A DNA stretch of 64,000 nucleotides, from the IMG/VR virus record IMGVR_UViG_3300025610_000002, one strand, 5' to 3'. Origin of the DNA: an uncultured virus (IMG/VR IMGVR_UViG_3300025610_000002). Lineage: Duplodnaviria; Heunggongvirae; Uroviricota; Caudoviricetes. The notes below the pieces were generated by a model that saw nothing but the letters and a program-made list of their open reading frames with translations, ran no database searches and was not told where the DNA came from. The position numbers were made by a program, and so were the translations under genes. The first letter of the stretch is position 1; every line of letters starts with the position of its first letter. Of this stretch, positions 8,231 through 16,063 are shown piece after piece.

Positions 8231-8497
8231 ATGTGGGCAGATGAACTACGGAAGAAAGACCCGTTGGAGAGTGTAGCCGAAACAATTGGCAAGATTGCTC
8301 ATTTGTTCACGATGGGGCCATTGCCCAATTTACTTGAAAAATTGAATAAGGGTTTGAGTGAGGAGGCCTATTACGAATTAGAAGGAATGGGGCTTAATGA
8401 TTACATAGAATCCTTTCTAGTTGAGATGGAGAAAGCCAAAATGAGCGTTATTAAAATACAAACTTTGGTGGAAGGTTTTGACTACTTTGACGAGTGA
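8231..8497 (+). CDS. Hypothetical protein with variant N-terminal W-tag (MWADELRK)
   Basis: AGGTGG RBS; tag-like start. Confidence 0.75.
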   Translation: MWADELRKKDPLESVAETIGKIAHLFTMGPLPNLLEKLNKGLSEEAYYELEGMGLNDYIESFLVEMEKAKMSVIKIQTLVEGFDYFDE

Positions 8498-8521
8498 TTT
8501 GAGAAACTTTAGGTGAGCATT

Positions 8522-8734
8522 ATGTGGAAAGAAATTATTAAAAGAAACCCTCCAAACTGTTCTCATTGTAATGTCTATATGACTCCACAAGAAACACGCA
8601 GATACAAGAATAGATGTTCTCTTTGTAATAATGCGATTGAGCATTCCGAAAGAACAGGAAAGGAAATTCCGAATACTCATCAGCCTTCAAGACAATATGG
8701 TGAAGAAGGCTATACAGGAAAAGATTTTAGGTGA
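8522..8734 (+). CDS. Zinc-finger protein with N-terminal tag (MWKEIIK)
   Basis: AGGTGA RBS; CSHC...CSLC. Confidence 0.8.
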   Translation: MWKEIIKRNPPNCSHCNVYMTPQETRRYKNRCSLCNNAIEHSERTGKEIPNTHQPSRQYGEEGYTGKDFR

Positions 8735-8738
8735 TATT

Positions 8739-8771
8739 ATGTGGAAAGATACAATTAGAAAGGACTACTAG
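8739..8771 (+). CDS. 10-aa tag-only micro-ORF MWKDTIRKDY
   Basis: AGGTGA RBS at the usual spacing, ATG TGG AAA GAT ACA ATT AGA AAG GAC TAC TAG. Confidence 0.5.
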   Translation: MWKDTIRKDY

Positions 8772-8790
8772 TGAAACAGAGGTGAAGAAC

Positions 8791-9189
8791 ATGGATTGGA
8801 AAGAATACGGAGCAATGTTGCTTAAAGCGGAAGACAGTCACAAGGCTAGAAAAGGCACGATTAGGAAAAACGAGGTTTCGCCTTTGGCAAGAAAAGCATT
8901 TTCTATGCTTGAGGAATCGCTCGCATACATGAGAGAAACCTATCATGAAACTAAAGACAAGCGTTTCTTGAAGTTGTCCGAGGATATAGGAGCGTTGTAT
9001 GATAGTGCTTTCCCCGAAATGGGTGACTTATACGATTTCCGAAAGTCTTGCACTCAAAAAGCAGGTTGTTCCTGTGAAGAGTGTGTTGGAAAGGCTCTTA
9101 GCGACAAGCAACAGGAGATTGCAGAAATGGCTCCACCAAAGGACAAGATTGACGGTGCTGATTTCGCCGCTTTGAGAGAGAAGAGGTGA
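8791..9189 (+). CDS. Hypothetical head-associated protein (MDWKEYGAMLLKA)
   Basis: GAGGTGA RBS; repeated xxK-[AS] sites; C-terminal KDKIDGADFAALR EF-hand-like peptide. Confidence 0.8.
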   Translation: MDWKEYGAMLLKAEDSHKARKGTIRKNEVSPLARKAFSMLEESLAYMRETYHETKDKRFLKLSEDIGALYDSAFPEMGDLYDFRKSCTQKAGCSCEECVGKALSDKQQEIAEMAPPKDKIDGADFAALREKR

Positions 9190-9194
9190 AGAAG

Positions 9195-10187
9195 ATGTGG
9201 AAGGAGATTTTGAAAGGAAGAGGATTGATTGACCCTGAAAAAATTAAGGATGCTTTGAATTTTGAGAGAGAGCCTAGATTTGCGGGAAGTAAAGGGCAGA
9301 TACCTAAATTTTACCGTCACGGTGAAGAATCAGAATACGCTAATTTAACGGATTCTAACCTCTTAGATGTTGAATTTGAGGGGAGGGAAATTAGAGTTAA
9401 AGGTGACATTACAGTAGATGGTGAAACTATATCATTTACTGCCTCCCAAAGACTACCTAAACCATTAGCCGCTATGAGTAATCTCCCTTATAATCTGAGG
9501 CCCTTTCAAATTTCTTCTATTGATATTCCAAAGAAACTTTTGGAGGACGATAAAGAAGGAGATTTTGAGTATGAGATAAGGCAATTTATTGGGGATAACT
9601 TAGCAGAGTATTTCAATGGGTTTTTCCGATATTTTGAGAAGGATTTGAAATACGAATACCCAAATTTCTTTAGAACTAGTGAAGGTCTTCGTAGTGGTAA
9701 AGAGGATGATTACGGGAATGTTCGTTATGATAGAAGAAGCAAGCAACAGAGTTTCAAAGATGTTTTGCGAAAGCCGGACTCTTCCAATGTGAGAGAATTC
9801 AATGAAGTCATGTCCGACGCCTACAAGTATATCAAGGCACTTCCCGTTACTAAGTTGAAAGCACTCATCAAGAGAGGCATTGTGAAGGAAATTGAGAATC
9901 CCGAGGAGGAATACAAATATCAAGTTTTGAAGAGAAACCACATGATTGATGGTATGCCCATTGTTTTATTCTTTGATGAAGCCTTGTGGAGTGGCGGTGA
10001 AGAGTATGTCTTTGAAGTTACAGACGACCAAGGCACTTATGACCTGAACCTTTACGCTCGGTTTGATTTTGATGATGTAAACCGGAGCAATATTACTTCA
10101 AAGGAGCGGCAAAAACTCATTGATAATGCTAAGAAGTTCATGAAAATGTCACCGGAAAGCATCATTGAAGCCATTCTTAGGTCGTGA
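9195..10187 (+). CDS. Hypothetical protein with N-terminal tag (MWKEILK) and internal tag copy
   Basis: GAGGTGA RBS; internal SFKDVLRK at 9750-9773. Confidence 0.85.
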   Translation: MWKEILKGRGLIDPEKIKDALNFEREPRFAGSKGQIPKFYRHGEESEYANLTDSNLLDVEFEGREIRVKGDITVDGETISFTASQRLPKPLAAMSNLPYNLRPFQISSIDIPKKLLEDDKEGDFEYEIRQFIGDNLAEYFNGFFRYFEKDLKYEYPNFFRTSEGLRSGKEDDYGNVRYDRRSKQQSFKDVLRKPDSSNVREFNEVMSDAYKYIKALPVTKLKALIKRGIVKEIENPEEEYKYQVLKRNHMIDGMPIVLFFDEALWSGGEEYVFEVTDDQGTYDLNLYARFDFDDVNRSNITSKERQKLIDNAKKFMKMSPESIIEAILRS

Positions 10188-10191
10188 TACC

Positions 10192-10623
10192 TTGTCTTGG
10201 AAAAACAATCTCCGTATTATCAAGGCTACAGAGGATAGTTTCTTCTCTTTTACCTCTAGAGATGGGGGTAGAGTTGTTTCCATTTACATTGATGGGAATT
10301 ACGAAGTGGACGATTACGACATTAAGGTGAATTCCCAACATGGTCTTGAAGGAAACAAATACTACGAGCAGGTTTCTAGTATTGAAGGACGAATTGATTT
10401 CTATGAAACCTTTGATGATGAGGACGGCGATGTGATTTCTCATGAGTTTAAGATTGATGGGAAGGAAATTGAGGCGAATTACAAGGTTGAGTTGACCGAG
10501 ATTGGCCAAAACGCAGTCTTTGTTTTGGAAATGGGCATTGATACAGTTGATTTGGACTTTAGAGTTGAAGGTAAGAGCCTCATTTTGAAGTCTGCAAGCG
10601 TTGGTTTTACGGCTGAGAACTGA
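10192..10623 (+). CDS. Acidic beta-rich hypothetical protein (MSWKNNLRIIK)
   Basis: TTG start after GTGA; tag variant. Confidence 0.75.
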   Translation: MSWKNNLRIIKATEDSFFSFTSRDGGRVVSIYIDGNYEVDDYDIKVNSQHGLEGNKYYEQVSSIEGRIDFYETFDDEDGDVISHEFKIDGKEIEANYKVELTEIGQNAVFVLEMGIDTVDLDFRVEGKSLILKSASVGFTAEN

Positions 10624-10635
10624 GTTGATGTTCTT

Positions 10636-10875
10636 ATGACGAATTGGCAAGGCGAAATTTTGCGTGATGGTGTTACTGCCAAGCAAAAAAGAGCCATTTT
10701 TGAAACCTTAGAGGCCGTTCCTGTGGCAAATTGGGCCACGATTATGGAAGGGCTGAAAAACCGAGGAGTCAAAAGGTTCCAAAACAAGAACATTCGTCGT
10801 TTTTTGAACAATTCGCCGGAAATTGATGTGCGAAAGGACCGATATGACAATGCTGAATACAGATTGAGGCGGTGA
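10636..10875 (+). CDS. Small winged-helix-like protein (MTNWQGEILR)
   Basis: 79 aa, basic, helix-turn-helix-like pattern. Confidence 0.7.
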   Translation: MTNWQGEILRDGVTAKQKRAIFETLEAVPVANWATIMEGLKNRGVKRFQNKNIRRFLNNSPEIDVRKDRYDNAEYRLRR

Positions 10876-10879
10876 TTCC

Positions 10880-11461
10880 ATGCCTCGCTGGTTTGAAATT
10901 CTAAAAAAAGTGGAATTGATGAGTGAAAACGAGGCTTCAACGCAAATGGAGGCCTTTACGAGAGCCGTTGAGCGTGGTTATCCTTCTGTTATCACTCCAT
11001 TGACCTTGGTAGCGAAGGTAAAGGACGGAAAAGTGCTTGGTTTTACCTCTTTTAGTGACATGGGGAAGTTTTTCTTCGTGGGTTCGTCTTTGGTTTCGCC
11101 CGAAGCGAGAGGAACGGGGATTTATGGCGAGGTTATTCGGTATAGGGACACTCAAACGGGTGGAAAACCGAGAATTACGCTCATTGGGGCAAAAAAACCG
11201 GAGCATATTGCGACAGTATCCAAGGTTATTGAGCGTAACAATGGCGTTAAGGTTAATTCGTATGAACAAGTGCGTGACATTATGGACGAAAGCACTTACA
11301 ACCAAATGAGAGTGCTTCCTATGTATCGTTATGACGCTCTTGGCGGTAGTCAAGATGTGGAAAAGGTGGCCGGAGCGGTAACTACATCAAGTGCGGCTCA
11401 TTCACATCTCTTTAGGCCAACTTACGGCGGTCGTCGTAAGCGGAGAAAGAAGGAGGACTGA
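10880..11461 (+). CDS. GNAT-family acetyltransferase-like protein with tag (MPRWFEILK) and basic C-terminal tail
   Basis: VSPEARGTGIYG resembles GNAT motif A (V.P..RG.G); VKDGKVLGF strand; C-terminal GGRRKRRKK. Confidence 0.7.
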   Translation: MPRWFEILKKVELMSENEASTQMEAFTRAVERGYPSVITPLTLVAKVKDGKVLGFTSFSDMGKFFFVGSSLVSPEARGTGIYGEVIRYRDTQTGGKPRITLIGAKKPEHIATVSKVIERNNGVKVNSYEQVRDIMDESTYNQMRVLPMYRYDALGGSQDVEKVAGAVTTSSAAHSHLFRPTYGGRRKRRKKED

Positions 11462-11463
11462 AA

Positions 11464-12459
11464 ATGGCGAAGAAGGTGCAGAAGGTTACGGCGAAGGTCG
11501 GGGACGCTACTGTTACTCGTAGTGGTTCCATTACTTTCCCGGAGAAATACAAGAAGTGGGAGTCCACTTGTCGTAGTTTAGGGCCGGGTTCCATTGGTGG
11601 TAAGGTCAATCTTTTGACTTGGTTGAAGCGGCACGGTAAGCCCCGAAGAAAGGGGCCAAACTCAAACGATGGTAGTAGCGGTATGGCGGTTACTCTTCAA
11701 AACATCAATCGTATTTTGGAAAGCAGGCAGAATGGGATTTACGAAGAGGATGATGTTTTCTCCTTCAAGGATATTCTAGAAGAAATGGAAGAATATAATG
11801 CAGAGGGTAGTAATCTCAATCCTTCCAACATTCCCTTTACCACTTATCCCGTTGACTCCGATGGAGATAGAATTCCGGATTCGGACCCAAAAACTGTTTT
11901 TGGTCACTATTTGACGCCCTACTTCTATGGTAAGTATGGGTCCGATGGCGTTCCTTCTCAAGAAGCCGCCGCAGAATTCTTCTCTGCGAACAAGAACGAG
12001 GCCAATCCTCCCATCAAGCAAGCCATGTTTGGCGGTTCATTGTTCCCTGCTGGAACCGATTTGTATTCCATTATTCAGTTGGCCATCAAAGAGATTGAGG
12101 ATTTACAGTATGACTTGGAGATTCGTTCCGGTCGTTCTCCTGTGGGATTGGTGAATGTTCCTTCGTTTAGAAAGAAGTTGGGACAGGCTATCAACTCATC
12201 TTTGGTTGACGGTAAAATCAGCATTAGTGGTGTCAAGGGCAAGTTGGAAGGTATTCGTTTCCCTATTGCTACTGAGAAGGAGCAACAATTCGTGGCTGAA
12301 TACTCCAAGACGAAGAACATTGCAGGTGACTTCAAGGCTTTCAAGTTGGTTTCAATGACGCCTGCAAACACGAAGCGTTTGATTGAAACTTACATGGCGA
12401 CGGGTAAGGGCAAAGAGCGTGATATTGTCAAGTCGTGGGTTGATTTGGTGAGAGTATGA
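11464..12459 (+). CDS. Hypothetical protein with C-terminal tag-like motif (IVKSWVDLVRV)
   Basis: 331-aa ORF, GGAGG RBS. Confidence 0.85.
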   Translation: MAKKVQKVTAKVGDATVTRSGSITFPEKYKKWESTCRSLGPGSIGGKVNLLTWLKRHGKPRRKGPNSNDGSSGMAVTLQNINRILESRQNGIYEEDDVFSFKDILEEMEEYNAEGSNLNPSNIPFTTYPVDSDGDRIPDSDPKTVFGHYLTPYFYGKYGSDGVPSQEAAAEFFSANKNEANPPIKQAMFGGSLFPAGTDLYSIIQLAIKEIEDLQYDLEIRSGRSPVGLVNVPSFRKKLGQAINSSLVDGKISISGVKGKLEGIRFPIATEKEQQFVAEYSKTKNIAGDFKAFKLVSMTPANTKRLIETYMATGKGKERDIVKSWVDLVRV

Positions 12460-13109
12460 GAAGAAAGAGTTGCGCCTTTTGTCAACACGAAGATGTTGAT
12501 GAGTTAGAGCGAGCCTTGGATGCTTGTGAAATCTCTTGCGATACTTTGGACGAGCAAGAAGGATGGCGTAGCGGGACTTCTGCCCAACACCAAAGAAACC
12601 ACATGGAGGCTTTTGCGGCAAGTAGCAACCCCAAGTGCAACTTCTGTGTTGACCCCATGCGAAAGCAATACGAGGTGGGTCTTAGCGACGGTAAATTGGA
12701 AACCTCTGTTGTGGCTGATATGCTGAGTGTTTCCAAACAACAGGTTCAGCGCCACATGAAGCACCACTTGGCTCCCATTGTGCAGGAGTCAGCCGCTACT
12801 ATCATCGCTAAGAAAGAGGTCAATGAGGTTGACATGTTGGCTAACAACCTTGAGGTGCTTGATGGCAAACTTACAGAGATTGCTTCAAGGGATGATTTGG
12901 ATTCCAAAGAGTTGGATGCTTTGGTTAAATTAGCGAGAGAGATTCGTGAGTCATTGAAATACATGATGGAGTTTAAGGGCAAACTTGTGCATAAGCGTCA
13001 AGATACTATTATCGTTGCACAGATGCAAATTGTCCAAGAGGTTCTAGCACAAGGCCATCCGGAAGTTTGGCTTGATGTTAAGAAGAAGATGCAGGAGAGA
13101 TTGCAATGA
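12456..13109 (+). CDS. Tandem zinc-finger/HTH plus coiled-coil protein, possible terminase small subunit
   Basis: Two repeats CxxC...HxxxH (CAFC..HQRNH; CNFC..HMKHH) and a C-terminal helical region; lies upstream of TerL; TerS role is inference. Confidence 0.55.
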   Translation: MRRKSCAFCQHEDVDELERALDACEISCDTLDEQEGWRSGTSAQHQRNHMEAFAASSNPKCNFCVDPMRKQYEVGLSDGKLETSVVADMLSVSKQQVQRHMKHHLAPIVQESAATIIAKKEVNEVDMLANNLEVLDGKLTEIASRDDLDSKELDALVKLAREIRESLKYMMEFKGKLVHKRQDTIIVAQMQIVQEVLAQGHPEVWLDVKKKMQERLQ

Positions 13110-13312
13110 GTTGGAAAGATATTGTGAAGGAAGATTATCCCGAAATTGTTTGGACAGACGAAAAGAAAATTAGTGCATGGGTTGATGGGAGAGGCCCATA
13201 TACCAAAGAATCAATCGCCACAGAATTAAAAAGAATAGGAACTTACGACAAAAGAAAGGAATTTATTTCTGTTCGGGGTGGACAAATCCCTACTGAATCG
13301 GCGTGGGAATAG
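13106..13312 (+). CDS. Small tagged protein (MSWKDIVK)
   Basis: ATG overlaps the previous stop. Confidence 0.75.
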   Translation: MSWKDIVKEDYPEIVWTDEKKISAWVDGRGPYTKESIATELKRIGTYDKRKEFISVRGGQIPTESAWE

Positions 13313-13323
13313 GAGAGATTAGC

Positions 13324-13563
13324 ATGAAGAAAGATGTAAATGTTGACAGATATGAAAAGGATTTGATGAATCTTATTGAAAATCTTAGATTGGTAATCCA
13401 GCAAAAAGATTTGAAATTGGCTGAAAATACTATTGAAGATATTAAAGATTTGATGGAGTTGTATCGGGATGCTATGCAGAATAGGCTGAGTTATCCTAGA
13501 GATGATGGAGATATTCATGAAGATAGTGGCTTGAATCCTTCAGATTTACGACGCGTCGGTTAG
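13324..13563 (+). CDS. Small helical hypothetical protein
   Basis: GGAG RBS before MKKDV. Confidence 0.65.
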   Translation: MKKDVNVDRYEKDLMNLIENLRLVIQQKDLKLAENTIEDIKDLMELYRDAMQNRLSYPRDDGDIHEDSGLNPSDLRRVG

Positions 13564-13574
13564 GAGAGATTGCA

Positions 13575-13826
13575 ATGACTTGGAAAGCCATCATCAAGGG
13601 CGAAAAGGAATACTCCGCTATTCTTGACGCAATTGAGAAAGTGGAACAGACAATTGAAGGCATTCATCAACACATTGAGGACACGGCAGTTGACCTACAC
13701 AGAAGATTCGGTGTCGGAACTCTAGAAGAATACAGAAAAACAATGAAGAGTTCAATGGCTTCATCTCTTAGTATGGCAGAGGAGCGATTAGCACAATTAA
13801 GAGAGGCATTAGAGCGTTCATTTTAG
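13575..13826 (+). CDS. Small tagged coiled-coil protein (MTWKAIIK)
   Basis: GGAG RBS; tag. Confidence 0.75.
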   Translation: MTWKAIIKGEKEYSAILDAIEKVEQTIEGIHQHIEDTAVDLHRRFGVGTLEEYRKTMKSSMASSLSMAEERLAQLREALERSF

Positions 13827-13836
13827 AGGGATTGAA

Positions 13837-14001
13837 ATGAAGTGGATTGAAGTTGTCAAGGGAAAGGGTGTTGTGGCCTATAGCGGAACTTGCCCTAAGT
13901 GTGGTAGGTTTGCTGAAAACGGAAAACCATGTCCGGCTAATCTTCCAGCAAAGTCTTCGGGTGTTCCTTCTACAAGTGCTTGCCCTATGAAGGTGGAATG
14001 A
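13837..14001 (+). CDS. Small tagged Cys-containing protein (MKWIEVVK, 54 aa)
   Basis: Manual translation; CPKC..C..C; stop overlaps the next start. Confidence 0.7.
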   Translation: MKWIEVVKGKGVVAYSGTCPKCGRFAENGKPCPANLPAKSSGVPSTSACPMKVE

Positions 14002-14204
14002 TGGATTGGAAATCAGTAATCAAGCGGGATACTTTATCCCGACTACAGAAGGAAACCATTGATGGTTTCGTTGCTTCCAAAGACAAGGTAACGGTCCGTG
14101 AGGTTTCACAGAATCTTATGATTAAGTTGGGTTATCAAAACCAAGCAGGAAGAAGGGCCATTGAAGCCTATCTAGAGAACAATTATCCGGAAAAGTTGGA
14201 GTGA
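14001..14204 (+). CDS. Small tagged HTH-like protein (MDWKSVIK)
   Basis: AGGTGG RBS; tag. Confidence 0.75.
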   Translation: MDWKSVIKRDTLSRLQKETIDGFVASKDKVTVREVSQNLMIKLGYQNQAGRRAIEAYLENNYPEKLE

Positions 14205-16063
14205 TTGGCTTGGACTTTCCTCGTAGCGTTGACTTCTCTTACCTCTTGACCAATTACTTGTTGCCGAGAGGCAGAGGAGAAAATGTTGAGCAATTGGATA
14301 GCACATCGGGTCCACGGGAATTGATTGAGGACATAAAGGCAAAGGGAGCAAATTACACGAATGTTCGCAAACTCTTGGAGCCTTTTCGTGAGAAATCCCT
14401 TGTTCGGATTAAGCAGACACTCAAAAGCGTATATGGGCAAGACTTGGACAGAGTTGAAGTCTTGGCTGGTAGGAAGGGTATCAAACCTCAACGCTTGCCG
14501 AGCGTTTTAGCCCCTATTATCTACGACATGATGCCGGAACTTGAGAAGACTCTAGAAGAAAAGAGTCTTCCGGAACTTATCTCTCAATTTGCTAGAGATA
14601 AGGATAAGGCTACGGGTGTGCGTTTGGCTAAATTGATTCAAAATCGCTTAAACATTAGAAATGACTTATCACAGGCTAAGGTAAGTTCTGAGGATTTGAT
14701 GGACGCATTCTATTCCATTTCACCTAGTCCCGAAAGTGTGAACTTGAAGGAAATGGAAGTGGATGAATCAAAACTTTCGGAAGAGGATAAGAAAAAGCCA
14801 TTTGCCGCACAACTTCGTCAACAAACGCAAAACGAAGTTGATGAAAGGTTGGACAAACTCAATCGGGATTTGAATACGAAGACTGCCGTTGTTGTTTTCC
14901 GCTACAAGAAAAAGAATGGCGAAACAGGAGGCAAGATTGGGTATCTTCCCGTTAAAGAGTTGCTTGCAGGAAAGACAGGCCAATTTGAAAAAGCCGGGAT
15001 TAGAGATGCCATGTCTACGCCTCGCTATCTTGTCATTTCCTACCCCAAAATTTGGTGGATTATCAACAAGGGCATAGAGTATGCCCCTGTTACGGTGACG
15101 CTCAAAGAAACGCAAGGTGCGGAAGAAGAAGCACCCGAATACAGAATCAACGATAGTCCGTTGCTATTCTATAATTATGCTCAAATGTTGAAGGGTGCGA
15201 GAAGTCAAGACCAAATCGGTAACTTGACGGTTCGCCGCAAATACATGCTTCCTAAACTTCCCGGTAGGAGTATTTCTAAGAACAGTCCTATTTTCCAAAG
15301 TATTGCGGGAAAGGGTATTTCGCTCAATCCCACCATACAGGAAATTCTGAGGAACCCAATCTATTTGGATACGCTTTTGGAAAGTAGCGGTCTTAGCGAA
15401 CAAAGAATCAAGGATATTTTCACGAATGTTCAAGGGTCCAACCTAACCAATCGTGCTATTCGTATCAATCAAGACTACAAAGATGAGGTCGTTTCCTTGA
15501 TGGAGAATGAAGATGCAATCATTGAGGAGTTGAAGGATGAAGGGTTTGATGAATTGAAACCTATAGATTCTCAAGTGGAGTTTTCCCAAGGAATTGGTTT
15601 AGACAACTACCTTCTTTTCCTCACGGACAATTTGGAGATTGTTTCAGCACTCAAGACCTACATTAGAGAAGAGGTTTCTTCTAAGGCTATCTCGGACCTT
15701 CTCATTGAAATTCCAAAGCAGAAGACCGCAGATAAGAGAAACTTTGCGGAAACTCTTAGCCCGGACTTCAACACGAAGACCGCTCTCCACAGTCTAGTTC
15801 TCATCGGTTCACAAAAAAACAACGCCATTCGTGACCTACTTACGACAAAGGAAGATAGAACAATGACCAATCGCAAATTCCTTAGAGAGTTGAAGAAGGT
15901 CACGCTTGATTTTATTGAAGAGTTAAAGGCAGGAATCACCGAAAAGTTGGAAGACATTTTGGCCGAACCGGAACACTACAAAAAGGTAGTCAATGAGGAC
16001 ATTTTTAATATCTTGGTGCGACACGGAATATTGTTAGGGGGTAACGAAAGTGAGGTTGAGTGA
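14201..16063 (+). CDS. Large hypothetical protein (620 aa), possible internal virion protein
   Basis: Long ORF, translationally coupled to its neighbours; no motif recognised. Confidence 0.85.
   Translation: MIGLDFPRSVDFSYLLTNYLLPRGRGENVEQLDSTSGPRELIEDIKAKGANYTNVRKLLEPFREKSLVRIKQTLKSVYGQDLDRVEVLAGRKGIKPQRLPSVLAPIIYDMMPELEKTLEEKSLPELISQFARDKDKATGVRLAKLIQNRLNIRNDLSQAKVSSEDLMDAFYSISPSPESVNLKEMEVDESKLSEEDKKKPFAAQLRQQTQNEVDERLDKLNRDLNTKTAVVVFRYKKKNGETGGKIGYLPVKELLAGKTGQFEKAGIRDAMSTPRYLVISYPKIWWIINKGIEYAPVTVTLKETQGAEEEAPEYRINDSPLLFYNYAQMLKGARSQDQIGNLTVRRKYMLPKLPGRSISKNSPIFQSIAGKGISLNPTIQEILRNPIYLDTLLESSGLSEQRIKDIFTNVQGSNLTNRAIRINQDYKDEVVSLMENEDAIIEELKDEGFDELKPIDSQVEFSQGIGLDNYLLFLTDNLEIVSALKTYIREEVSSKAISDLLIEIPKQKTADKRNFAETLSPDFNTKTALHSLVLIGSQKNNAIRDLLTTKEDRTMTNRKFLRELKKVTLDFIEELKAGITEKLEDILAEPEHYKKVVNEDIFNILVRHGILLGGNESEVE

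Noticed and set aside
8731..8790. ORF-track start MILCGK for ORF 8731-9189, and similar GTG starts at 8513, 9186 and 3377
   Set aside because: The GTG is part of the GGTGA ribosome-binding site; the true starts are the downstream ATGs
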